Assembly (NCBI GenBank): GCA_050575255.1 | Contig: JBNZDD010013724.1 | Span: 7,857,146 to 7,921,145, forward strand | Length of the DNA: 64,000 nucleotides | Origin: Harriotta raleighana | Taxonomy: Eukaryota | Direction: 5' to 3' | In this document: piece by piece, positions 51,345-63,312 of the stretch | Numbering within the stretch: position 1 is the first letter of the stretch | How the letters are laid out: every line of letters starts with the position of its first letter | Program-made: the position numbers and the translations under genes | Notes under the pieces: model-generated | What the model was told of the DNA's origin: nothing | The model's database searches: none | The model's input: the letters and a program-made list of their open reading frames with translations, nothing else

Positions 51345-51618
51345 TTTGTAGAATATTACAGCTTAGAAGATTCGGTCCATCGTATCTGTGCCAGCTACCC
51401 AAACAGTCCCCTACTTGAAGCGCTCTGAGATGCTGTCCGGCGTGGAGAGCGCTATATAAATCAAAGTTGTTGTTGTTGTTATTTCCCCATATCCTTGCAA
51501 ATTGCTTCTTTTCAAACACCTATCCAATTACCTTCCAAAAGTTGTTATTAAATCTGTTTCCACTACCATTTCAGGCAGTGCATTTCAGACAGTAGCAACT
51601 CTCTGTGTGAAAAAAAAA
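51345..51618 (-). mobile_element. CR1 3' fragment interrupted by a plus-strand L2 tail (51414-51483)
   Basis: The CR1 tail tagaatattacagc...attcggtccatcg resumes after the insert as ttccccatatccttgc...actctctgtgtgaaaaaaa. Confidence 0.8.
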
Positions 51619-51699
51619 TCATTCAGGACCCCAGCCATGCCCTCTGCCTCCAAAAGAAGTTTTCCATTTTGATCTCTAATCAGCCGCACCCTTCCTTTA

Positions 51700-51951
51700 C
51701 TAATAATAAGAATCCTTGCATTTGATATCGTGCTTTTCACGATGACTGTATATTTGTGGGCGAAACACTGCTAATCGCACACAGCAGTCTCCCACAAACA
51801 GACATAGATTGAAATTACCAATTCATTATTGTCTTTTTTTCTTGAGGGATTATTAGTAAGGAAAGTTGCCCAAGAATTCACCCTGCCTGGAATCGAACCC
51901 AGGTCTCTCACTTGTAAGTTGATAGTTCTAACCATTAGTCTACAGGACTCC
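51700..51951 (-). mobile_element. Short tRNA/Deu SINE with an internal deletion
   Basis: Head ggagtcctgtagactaatggttaga...gacctgggttcgattccaggcagg. About 40 nt of the tail region is missing compared with the 41.3k copy. Confidence 0.88.
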
Positions 51952-52344
51952 ATCCTTTTACTCTTTATATGTTTATAAAATACTTTGGTGTTCCCTTTTC
52001 TGTTACACGCTAATCATTTCTCATGCACTCTCTTTTCCCCTTATTCATTTCACCACTGTATTCTGCTTGATTCTCTGGTGTATTTTAAACCTGACATTTA
52101 TCATATATAACAAACACTGCTCAAGTAGAATAACATCTCAGAGTACTATTTTACAATGCTTTTATTTTTATTTGTAATTCATCTCCTCCCTCTTTCTAAA
52201 TAAGGTAGAGAATATACAATCACTGGACTTTACAGTAAACCTGTGAAGCACTCTGTGATGTCCTCCTGACTTGAAAGGTACTATATAAATGTAAATTGAT
52301 ATTGTTGGAGCTTTCTGTGCTCATACTGTTGTGCTGACTTACAA

Positions 52345-52825
52345 GACATACAGTCCTTCAGGTGAGATGTTAAAACGTGGGTTAACCATTCGGGTGGACA
52401 TTAAAGATCCCAAGACACAATTGCATAAAAGAGAGAAATTTAAAATTGATCATTCACTTCATGGCTGCAAAATAACCTGTGAATTTAATAAACCATCTTT
52501 TATGTCAGGAGCTTGTACCAAAATGCCTCACATAATGATTTATTGTAAAGCACAGTGCCTGTGTATTTTGTAGGGAAATGCGCAGCCAATTTGCACACAG
52601 TAATTTCCCACAAATAGCCATTAAGTAAACGACCAATTTTGTTTCTGGGGAATTGCTGGCCAGGACACTGGCAGAAACTCCTTTTTCTTTTCAAACAGTA
52701 ACATTGAACCTTAGATGTAAACATGAACAGGCAGAAAGGATCTCAGCTTAACGTTTCATCTGAAGAATGGCACGTCCAACAGTGCAGCATAGCACTGGGT
52801 ACTGCATTGGAGCATCAGCTTGCGT
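52345..52825. mobile_element. Two long Deu-SINE remnants in opposite orientation (plus at about 52345-52460, minus at about 52520-52825)
   Basis: Plus copy: ggtgagatgttaaaacg...gggtggacattaaagatccca. Minus copy: gggaaatgcgcagccaatttgcacacag...ggccaggacactgg...ttaacgtttcatctgaag...cagtgcagca. Confidence 0.75.
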
Positions 52826-55279
52826 TTCGGAGGCGGGAGGGGGTGGTGGAAGAATGTGGTCAAAGGGGATTGGTGTGTGTGTGGCAGAAACTCAGGGTGG
52901 AACTCTACTGTATTGTCAATCTCACTCAATCATTAAGATACACTGGGGCGGTACCTGTGACTGAACGACTGCTGTCGTCGTCTTTTTATCCTCTAATTAC
53001 AGTTTGCCATCTGCTTGCACAGCACGTGAGCGGTATAGCTGAGTGCAGCCTCGGACAAAAAAACAATTCCAAACCATGTAGCTAAGGCAGAAATACCCCC
53101 AACCAAGAAAGCATTGAGAAGCTTTTCAGAGCACTCAATTGTCTGTTGAAGTGCTACATTTCTAAACTTGTATCCCAAAATGTGTCTTTTAAAACTTTTC
53201 TTCTTTCTTCAGCCCATAGACAGAATAGGACTCTGTTGCTAACTCCACCTCCCCAATTGTTTCCCCCTCCCCCATGTGCAATAGGCCAGCAGGAATGCAG
53301 TAAGTGAAGAAATTTTTCTGCTAAAAAGCTGAGCAGCTTCATTAGAGAAGTTCCTGCTGTTTTTTCTGCCTGATATGGAGTGTGGTCACCCTACGCCTAG
53401 CCCAGGTCTGTTCCCTGACAATTTCTGGGAGCTTTGATCAACCTGGTGGCTCACGCAAGATTCAGATACAAAAATATGGACAGGAACTATGAAGCACTCC
53501 CAGCTGGTTATCCGCACCACCAAGGCATACCACACACAATCTCATAATATATTACAGTCTTTAGAAATCGTCTCTTTTCCAGTTCATTCAAAAGTTCTAT
53601 TCAATGGACAAAGAGAAACAGTGGGTTCTAACATCGTTCAATTTGTGTTGGGTATTACTTCCACATTTTGAGCTGAATCGCATTTTAATAAAGAACATTT
53701 CCAGCAATGCCTCGGTTTCCAATGGCACCGACATTTCAGTAGAAACAAGGCCAGCTTTCAACAGCATGACTGAAAAGTTCTTGTGAATCCAAGGGGGTCT
53801 TCACTGGCCAAGAGGTAAGTGCTCTCCTCTGTGCAAACCTTTCCGTCGCCCCTCCAGTGTGAAAGAATAAGAGAAGAGAGAGAGGCAGATACAAACGGAG
53901 AAAATACAGAGAGAGAAAAAGAGAAAAGAGCAAGAAACGCTGCAGTACAGAATTAATACTGTGAGAGATTTTTTCAAGTTCAACGTTGATCAAGGACGGC
54001 CTGAAAGCCTTTACCTAATTTCCCACACATATTCTGACCCCCTTTGTTCGTCTTTTCTCAGAAGGATTTTGCCTGTTTTATTGCAAACCAAGCAGTAAAC
54101 TAATTATCTTGTTCAAATCCCTTTGTAACGCCTTTAATCCTATTAGTTATAAGAATGTGTGAATGCCAATTGTGCATCAGAATATTTCAGACTGACACGA
54201 TCCAGGAGTACACTTCAGCTGATTCATTTGACAGGGACTTGAGTGGACACCCACGGTTACTTGTTTTTGAAAAACAAGGAGGGAAAAAAGGGCTCAGGAA
54301 TATAAGGGAGAAAGGCAGCACAGAGCTTTCTGTCACAGTTTCCTGCAGTCATTTACATCTACTCGAGTGTTACAAGCATAATCACAAATAGCCCTGAACT
54401 CTTTTACTTTCGGCAGACCCTCCTGACCTTCGACCCCGATTCACAGCCAAACTGATCTTTTTTCCCTTACGAACATTTTAATGAAGTGGGTGACAATATT
54501 ACAATGTGTTAAAGGCAACACAAAGCGCAGGAAATGAATAAATGTTAACACCAGTCTCCTCGGACCCTTTTGAGTCCAAATTTCTTTTCTTCATATAGTC
54601 CTTACAAATTTTGACTAAAGGGCCCTCTTGCCTGCTGAAGATGCCGTGGCTGTTGGCTCTTGCTGTCCAGAACGGAGTGCACTTTAATCACTTTTTCTTT
54701 CACACAGCTTGATGAAAAGCCCATAGTCAGAGTGGGCGCTGAAGAGCATGAAATCCATCTGACTTCCATAAAAGACGAGACCTGCCTCTCCATTCTCCCT
54801 ATTACTGTCCCGGCTGCTTAGGGGATGGCTATACTTGAGCTTAAAACAAATATTTGCTTTAGTCTTGGATGGCTAATGCTTCCTAGGAGAATCCATTCCC
54901 CCTCTCCAATACCGGAACCAGCCATGAAGGGTTTGACACTGATGTCCCATTGACTATTCAGTAGATGCTGCTTGCATCAGTTTTGTTTCCCACAAGTCAT
55001 CATTTCACCTCAAGGTGAGAAGGCTAGAAGCTGCTCTAACAGATGTGTGTATGTCTGTCAGTGGTTCCCATGGAAACTCAGTACTCATCAGTACTCCTCA
55101 CATGTTTAATACACATACACACTCACAGAGGGTGGACCCAATGCTACAATAAAAACTAAACTAAGAAATCTCCTATTACATTGGCTGAGGCATAGGAGTA
55201 GGCTCAGTGCTTTACGGTTCATCGAAATGTGTACAGGATGGTGGAGAGATATCCAAAGGGAGAAATGACTGACGCTAGC

Positions 55280-55634
55280 ATACACCCTATGAGGCGGACA
55301 AACGTTGCAGGACATTGCTGTGCACAATTTACGCATCACAAACAGCGAGCGAAATGAATGATCAATTTTTATTTCAGGGAATAATGGCCAAGACACCAGG
55401 AGAAACTCCCTTCTCTTTTTGAATGGTGTCATAGCATTGTTATTGACAGCTCCTTGGTTTAATGCCTCACTGGAAGGATGGCACCTCAGCGAATGCAACA
55501 CCCTACCACCACCCCTCACCCAATAGACCACTTGAATGTCATCCTAGACAGTGAGCTCAAAACTTCAACACGGGGCTTGAACTCTGAACCTACTGACTCA
55601 GAGGTGAGGGCGCTAACATTTGAGCCAGGCTAAC
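55280..55634 (-). mobile_element. Long Deu-SINE (SacSINE1-like) including its tRNA-derived head
   Basis: Minus-strand head ggctcaaatgttagcgccctcacctctgagtcagtaggttcagagttcaagcccc, then Deu core gaggtgccatccttccagtgaggcattaaaccaagg and ggagtttctcctggtgtcttggcca. Confidence 0.85.
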
Positions 55635-55994
55635 TCACAGATAAATAATTTAAACGTATTTGATTTAAACAATTCTTCCTTCAATCTAAAGAAGCTCTGT
55701 ATTTCAAAATATTCATCTCCAATTAAAGTACGCCCTGGGAGAAAAAATACAAACACTTTACCGAATTGTCAATTTGAAGTCAATGTTACTTTAGATTTAA
55801 ATTTATTGGAGAATTTATTTTTTATTTAGGTATACTGTATATCAAAATTATTAAGGCCTGAAGAAAATAAGATTCAAATGCCAAACTCAGAGATAGGATC
55901 TTTATGGCAAATCAAAACTCTAACATTAGAGAGTACAAATCAGTATACCTTTTTTAAAATGCCAAACTGGACCTAAATTTGTTTAAAAATATGC

Positions 55995-56095
55995 AGTCAC
56001 CACACTTTACAGTAAATCTAGTGACATGCTTTGAGATATCCTCCCAATGTGAAAGGCGCTATATCAAGTGTAAAGATCATTATTAATAATACAGT
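55995..56095 (+). mobile_element. SINE/L2 3' tail
   Basis: cactttacagtaaatctagtgacatgctttgagatatcctcccaatgtgaaaggcgctatatcaagtg. Confidence 0.75.
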
Positions 56096-59000
56096 AATAA
56101 TAAAAATGAAGTGCTCTCCCACTGCCAATGTCTTTAGGAGAAGATAGCAGTTTAAACTATGGGATATTATTACCTTACTATTAGAGCAGGAATGGGATTT
56201 AAAATATGTCCATCTGACAATTAAACGCTCCCCCACCCCCCCGCCCCCACAACCCCACCCCGCCAAAACACCCTCAGAGACATTCCAGAGTGCAAGAGTT
56301 CATTTTACATTTCTTTTCTGTGTACAGTTATAAACCCTGAAACCACTCACGAACTGGGTGCAAAACGTGAAGATTCCATCTACACGTGACAGAGTCTGTG
56401 TGACAGAAACAGCCGCGGCATTTGCTCCCACTGTCAGCCTGCTATTCCATATCCAATCTGATTCCCAATTCATCCCGACAGCTGCAATGATGAGACTAGA
56501 TTAGAGGCATAAGTAGGAGTAATGATAGACTGCCGCTTTCCTGTGTCACCCATTTCCAGATTGCAATTAACACAGACACCTCGGAGTCTCGGAGTGCTGT
56601 GACATCTTGGAGCAGTGATAGCACTGGCTTGATACCAGTGTTGCCTGAAAACGCAGTGCTCCCATCACCTGATGGAGCAATCGCAAGATATCAAAAGGTT
56701 AAATACCTGGCAGGGGACATGCGGATTGAGCTGTGCATGTCAGGGCTGCGTTTCCTTTCCTGCCACCAAGAGGCGCTCAAACGCCTTGAAAGAAGTCGAC
56801 CACTGCGGAGTTTGCCCTTCAAACTGCCGCGAGGGTACCACATGGGCAATGTGGCACAAGTTTATTCCATAAGTTTGAGTGCAGCCAGAATTTTTTTCCA
56901 CACAGCCAGTTTTTTCCTTTTCCTTACATTCACCAAAAAGCGCAAACAAAATAAATATAAATGACACGGGGTGATTCGATAGTGATAGGTTTGCAATGTT
57001 CCTGAATCAACACTAAGGAGATTATATCAATGAATGAAGACAATGAGGTTTAAATAGATAAAACACGTGAAACTGTTCTTCGTTAACTCTATTCCTTCGT
57101 GAATTTGTTTCTGTTTGATCAAGGTCAAATTTAAGTCACCCAGAATCATGGCCAGAATTTTCCTTAACAGTATACATATTGCCTGTTAATGTATGACAAA
57201 ATAAGGGGGGAAAGTAAGCAAGTACATGTTGGGAGATTTTGTCAGAAAGTTGTGCAGAAACTGGAGAACAGATGAGCTAGAAACTGCAGGACTGGAGTAA
57301 AACTGGCAAAGAGCATAGTATCATCTCACATTACACACAGTGCCTCATTACATTAGGGTAGTATCATATACTCTGTGTTTATTATCTCCATTAGCAAGAC
57401 AGCTTCCATTTGGTGCTTTAATTGCATGTGGTGCTAGTTTTGTTTTGGCTACTTAATGCTCTATTTGAAATCCTAACAGTTGGACAGTGAGGTGCCAAAC
57501 AGCTGTGCATTCTCCGAATCCTCATTACTGCATTGCTTAATCCACAAGCTCTTGTGTTAAACCCAAGGCTGCAAGCCCTGCTTCAATACACTTCCATCCC
57601 TCTTACCTCACATTAAAAAAACACTATGGAAACCCAAAAATATTCTCCCTTTGAATATTTTTCTGCTCTTTAGCCCAGGCTAACGTTACTTAACAAGCAA
57701 ACGCCAGACCTGCTGCTTTCCCCCTGTGGCCAACTTCACTTGTTCAAAGGCTCTCGTAATCTTGGGAGCTCTGCATTAGCTTTCAAAAGAACTGTTGCCT
57801 GCAGCTGTTATTAACTAGATTTGGCTCCATGGACTTCCATTGACAAGCAACTCACATACAGAGGTTAAAAAATTGCTAACACATGCTTCCAACTTTTTTT
57901 TCGCCTACAATGTCAAGCAAGTGACTCCCTGCCTTCAGCAGGACATTGCTGTTCCCTTTAAAGCATTCCCACAGACATTCAGCGTCTTGACAAGGAGTCT
58001 AAAGAAATCCTAGCATCATGGTTGCCAAAGCCACACTGCCTTCCAAACTCATTACAACCCTGTGAATTGATGGGAACATAAGGAAATTCCAATTGAGAAA
58101 TCTTCTCGTACACTAAATGACTGCTTTCATTGTACTATTGCTCTTTTCCTCAAGCTTTCTTCCAAATATCAGACGTTGAATAGATGTTTGACCTCAAGCA
58201 ACCAGCACTTAAAAACTATCCGTTTGCTTTGCAGCTGACTCCATAACAATTAATGATTATGTGGCTTCTAAACCATACATTGAAGCCTGAAGATAGAGAG
58301 CACCCTTGCAGTAAAACTGAAAATCCAAGATGAATTAAAAAATAATCTACAGGCCTCTTGCACACAGGGTAGAGTGTCATTCCTACAGTAGCAAAAACTT
58401 TATCGGCTGAACGGTGAAAATCCTCTCCATTCCAGACACACCACAGTTCCCACAGGAAACCCAACTATACCATTGCTTTTGTGTGTGTTCCACTCAAGAC
58501 GGTAGTGTTTCTGTTTTATTTATGTTGCTCTTAATACATTGCAATAAAGTGCCAGGCCAAGAGTACAATGGGATTAAATGATAGCATGAATACCAACACA
58601 GCTAAGCAGTAGTGATCCAAAGCATTGTTGAAATATTGTTCTGATACCTTCTAATTATAACAAAACCTTTTCCCACCTACTAATTACCTCATATGTCTTC
58701 CTCACCTCTCCAATTAGGCACTTAGCTCCCGGAGTGGGGTCTAATACATGCTGTTAGCTGACCTGAGCAAACGTTGCATTGCTAGGAATCCCAGTATGAG
58801 AAAGGCTTGCTGGCATTAACAAACAATGTGCGTTAAAGCACAATGTAGCACTTCATCCACAAAACGTGGAAACAAGGTGACTGGACAGCATATTACCCTA
58901 TTTATCATCTCCTCCTCAAAACATGGCCTGCTGATTTTCTTCTTGTCATCTTAATTTTTAAGTTTATTTTACTATCACGTCCCACCACCCCCATTACACC

Positions 59001-59999
59001 CCCTTTCCCCCGCTACTAAAACGTCCTGTCAGTGTTTCAATTCCGCATACATTGATAGCCAGACCGCCAGAAACATTGAACATGTTGTTAGTCCTTATCC
59101 CAGGAGCGCTGGGAACAATCATAAAATCCCTCCACTGCCCAAGCTGAACATCAGCTGAACAGGAATCAATTCTCAGGCTTCTTGAGACCCCTAGCTATCA
59201 TTATAATATCCAAGCAATCTGGTACCATTCAAAAGGCATTAGGGTTTATGAATCTCTCATTGGGAAAACAGCAATGTAAGAATAAGCCCTTCGGGATATA
59301 AAGTGTATCTCCTGCAAAGAACCACGTGTGGGTTACACCAACTTGCAAGAACTCGGCTCCAACTCAAGAACTTGTTGGGAGTCAAGTTCTACATAGTCGA
59401 CATTACATACAAGAGGTTCCCTGGAGGAGATGCACTTCACATCATGAGGTACTTTTTCCAGTACTAGGCACCGCCTGCACTACCGTTTTCCTGATGAACG
59501 CTTTTTCAACCTCCCAGTTGCAAATGTTAACCATACCTTGAGTGTTCAAAGCATTAAATCAAGCCCCGAGACCACAAGATTTATTGCCAGGTTAACCTGT
59601 TGCACAGTTTAAAGAAAAAAACTGCTCAAAGCTCTCATTGATTCCCAGTCACACAGCTGTACTTCACAGTGACAGAAAACTGAATCCACCGCAGAACTGG
59701 TATAGAAGTGGCAAAAGTCTAAGTAATACAGCCCTAGGAAGGAGGTTACATTGACAAAGACACATGTAACACCCAAAAGTCATTTGGAATGGAAGAGTTA
59801 ATCTATTCTAATATAATTTGCATATCTGTAATACAGCTACGAGTTACGAATGCATATAGTGGCTGATCAGGTCAGGAATCTGCGTGAGCTATTGGTATGA
59901 AGTCACCCTCTCCCTTAACTACACCAAATCTGTTGACCCTCAGTCCCCTTATCCCCAAATATATGTGTTACTGGGTTGGATTGTAGAAAATGAGTGGGT

Positions 60000-60116
60000 T
60001 ATAATAAATAATAATAATCCTTGTATTTGATATAGTGCTTTTCATCTCTTCTGAAAGTGTCAAAGTACCTCACAGAACATATTGTAAAGTGAATCGACTG
60101 TATATTTGTGGGCAAA
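60000..60116 (-). mobile_element. 5'-truncated short Deu-SINE (tail part)
   Basis: ataatccttgtatttgatatagtgcttttca...cacagaacatattgtaaagtgaatcgactgtatatttgtgggc. Confidence 0.8.
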
Positions 60117-60704
60117 ATTATCCAGGTTGAGAAAAGCAGGGAATGATTATGATCTAAAATCCAACTGAAAATTTCAGGATTACAAGGAACATTATTAGTG
60201 AACAGGTCAAACTGTTAAACAGAATGTCCTACAGAGCTGGCAATTACACAGCTCAAACCAGACTTTGACAGCGATGGGCTCATTTCCTGATTGGGATAGG
60301 ATTTAATCAGCAAGTCCAGCACTACATAGGTCACCAGCACCCTAGAGACTTAATAAGGGCTCTGGTATTGACACATCATGCAAGTCTGCCTATTTACCTG
60401 CAAGTCAATAGACTCCTAACAAGAAGAAATAATTGAACAAGCTGTAGCTGCTGAACTCAATATAATGATCATTATTTAATTATGCGTGTACCTTCACCTA
60501 CTCCGTTTAGCTTGAAAAATCTGAAGAATGTTACAGATCGGTTGACCTATGAGGGGGTGGCTTTGTAATTGACCACTGGGTGTTCTTGAGCTATCTTGTT
60601 CCATTGCTTCCTGCAGACAAGTCATGACTGAATCACGGGGGTGACTTTTTTTAAATTTAGTGTGTGCAAATATGTTTCTAATTGTCTCCCCAATTACATA
60701 TACC

Positions 60705-61075
60705 TCTCTGCTCCTGGCCCATAGGCTCCTCTTGCAGGGTTGTGGTTCCACAGGCACTGGTTGTCCTGTACTCCGCACAAATGGTCAATGACATGTGTGA
60801 GCCTTGGCAGCAATTGTTGGCCAGTCACTCCACTGGATAGGGCATCGCAGCTCAACCAGACCTCTACCCACACATCAACCCAACTTCTATAGAGTATGCT
60901 GGAGAGGGACCAGAAGCAGGAATCCTGCCTGATTTTTCCCTCTCCACCCCTGGGAATCAGTGGCCAATTTGGACTCCTCAAGCAACCCTGGTTGAGACCA
61001 GCAAACTGAGATTCGAACCCTCGAGCTCCTGGTGTGTAAGATGCAGCTCCATCCACTCCACCCTCAGGGCTGTCT
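60705..61075 (-). mobile_element. SINE family B, full length and best-preserved copy
   Basis: B box gggttcgaatc on the minus strand. Also cagaagcaggaatcctgcctgatttttccctc and gggttgtggttccacaggc. Confidence 0.75.
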
Positions 61076-61754
61076 CTCAGGTGATATTTCATAACAGATT
61101 CAAAGTGGCACACACATCTATCACATCAAATCATTGATGAAATTATTTCCAGCCATACCCAAAGACGGGCAATGCTCAATTTTCCACTTTTACGTATTTG
61201 AAAAAAGAATTACTGCAATCTTTGAATTGAAGAAACTGGTGCAAGCTTTTTTTAAAAATACTAGAACAGAATTTGGGCATCGTAATTTAGCCATATTTTC
61301 CTTCCATTGTCCATTTAACTGAGAATTCCCCTGTATCAATCATACATGGAGAGTGGTGCTTAGTTAATTTAAACACAAAGTACAAACGTAATTCATCAAG
61401 TCAATTTCTTTCTACAATAGAATCTACTGTATCACAGACTTTCTCCACAATTTAATCTTCCAGGGACCGTTTCTACAGAAGTTCTATGTCGACCAATTTA
61501 AGATAAGACAAGTGAAACTCCAGAATATTGTTTAAATCAATCGTCTTGCATTATTCTCCAGGTCGCTCCCCGCGTGATAAGGGCACTATATAAATGCAAG
61601 TTGTTGATATTCAAACTGGATAGATTGTTTTCCTTCAAGTGACAATTACGTTCCTAGGGGCTCAATAGCAATCATTTACCACAAAACATTCAGTCATTCC
61701 CATGTATTATTGACCAAATACTGTATTCCTCAATCTCGTTCCTACCTAGATAGT

Positions 61755-61912
61755 TATCATAGAATCTTACGGCACAAAAGGAAGCCATTCGGCCCATCGA
61801 GTCTCTGCTAGCTCTCTAAAAAGAGCAATTTAATCCCACTCCCAGTTCTCTCCCCATAACCTCGCAAACCCATCCTCCCCAAATAAATGTCTAACATTTT
61901 TTTTAAATGTTG
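61755..61912 (-). mobile_element. CR1 3' end
   Basis: tcatagaatcttacggcacaaaaggaagccattcggcccatcgagtct is the reverse complement of 18160-18212. Confidence 0.88.
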
Positions 61913-63179
61913 ACAAGTAAAAATTCCACCTGGGTCTAGATTTACTCTTTAGCTTTGTGAAGTGTCCAGCATTTGGCAAATTCTTAAAATTAAGACCAAC
62001 TACTAAGAATCCAGTTTTCTGTAAGTTCTTTTAAGAACCACTGATCAATGGCTTCAAAGTTAAGACTGCATTCACCAATTTACCAAATTCCAGATGCTCT
62101 CAATTGCAACGAAAATAGAAGAAATCTAGTCCTGGGTAAAATTTCTCCTCCAAATATTTCATTTGCATCACTGCCATATATTATTGTCAGAAAGGAGATT
62201 CCTGATATCAATTTTTTATACTCATCTTTTATTCTGTCCTGTATAAAGTAACTAACTTCTTTGCTCATAATATTTTAAAACCCAGAATCATGTCCCAATT
62301 TCAATCATTGTTTCTCTACTGACAAGAATGAATTGTATTTAAAAGTAGAGCCTCAAATAATCACCCATTTTTCTCTGAATCCTCTCCCAAACAAATGGGC
62401 ACTTTTAAAGCTATAATGCTGAAAATTAGACCTAGAATTCCAAACATGTCCCCACCAGTGATTGCAAGATTGGAATGGATGAAGAAGGCCTTTCAGCCCA
62501 TCTGATCTTATCTTTGCTGAATACCCATGCTACTGTCTTCCAATCAAGGCATCAAGCTATATTTTAAATGACGACTATGCACAAATAACTAGTATTGCAA
62601 ATTGTAGTCAAATGTCACTGAGATGTAGCCTATATATCATTAGCTTTGTTGATCCGACAAAAAATGGGTGCCAGCAAAGGTCTTTGGCTGAACCTCTTTG
62701 TTATGCTCCCCATGGTATGAAAATATATGACTGCCCACCCTCTTGCCTGGAAATGATGTGTAGTGCAGGGGAGTCCCAAGAGAGAAGAGAAAATAATGAG
62801 AATGAACTAATAACACAAGACATGGTTTGTGAAGGTTTACTTAGCAGCAGACACCTGAATGCAGAGCAAAGTCTCCCTGGAAGACCTGGTGGCTTTAAAG
62901 CAGAGCTTTCACAGCAGGCTGTTCCTGGTTCTTGTGAGAAACAGAGCCTGCTCCCAAAATTCCCCGCTGAGACGATAACACTCCATTAAAGCCACAGTGT
63001 TCCAAACCAGCTCAGTCTTTATACTAAAGTGTAATAAAACCCCTACATTTTGTTTATACAAGAGAACTCTTGGTAATAAATCGCAGACAAATTTAATATT
63101 TAATAAACCTTTCAGAATCACAAAGCAGAGTGGGTCTGGAGAAACACGTCAGACCACTGAACCCTTTCTCTCTAACATC

Positions 63180-63312
63180 AGTAATAATAATCTTTGCATT
63201 TGATATAACGCTTGATCACATTGTTGAGATGTCTCACAGTGCTTCACAGAATATATTGGAAAGAGGGTTTGACTGTATATTTTGTGGATTTATTGTAAGT
63301 TGTGCACAATAT
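63180..63312 (-). mobile_element. 5'-truncated short Deu-SINE (tail part)
   Basis: taataataatctttgcatttgatataacgc...gtgcttcacagaatatattg...tgactgtatattttgtgg. Confidence 0.78.
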
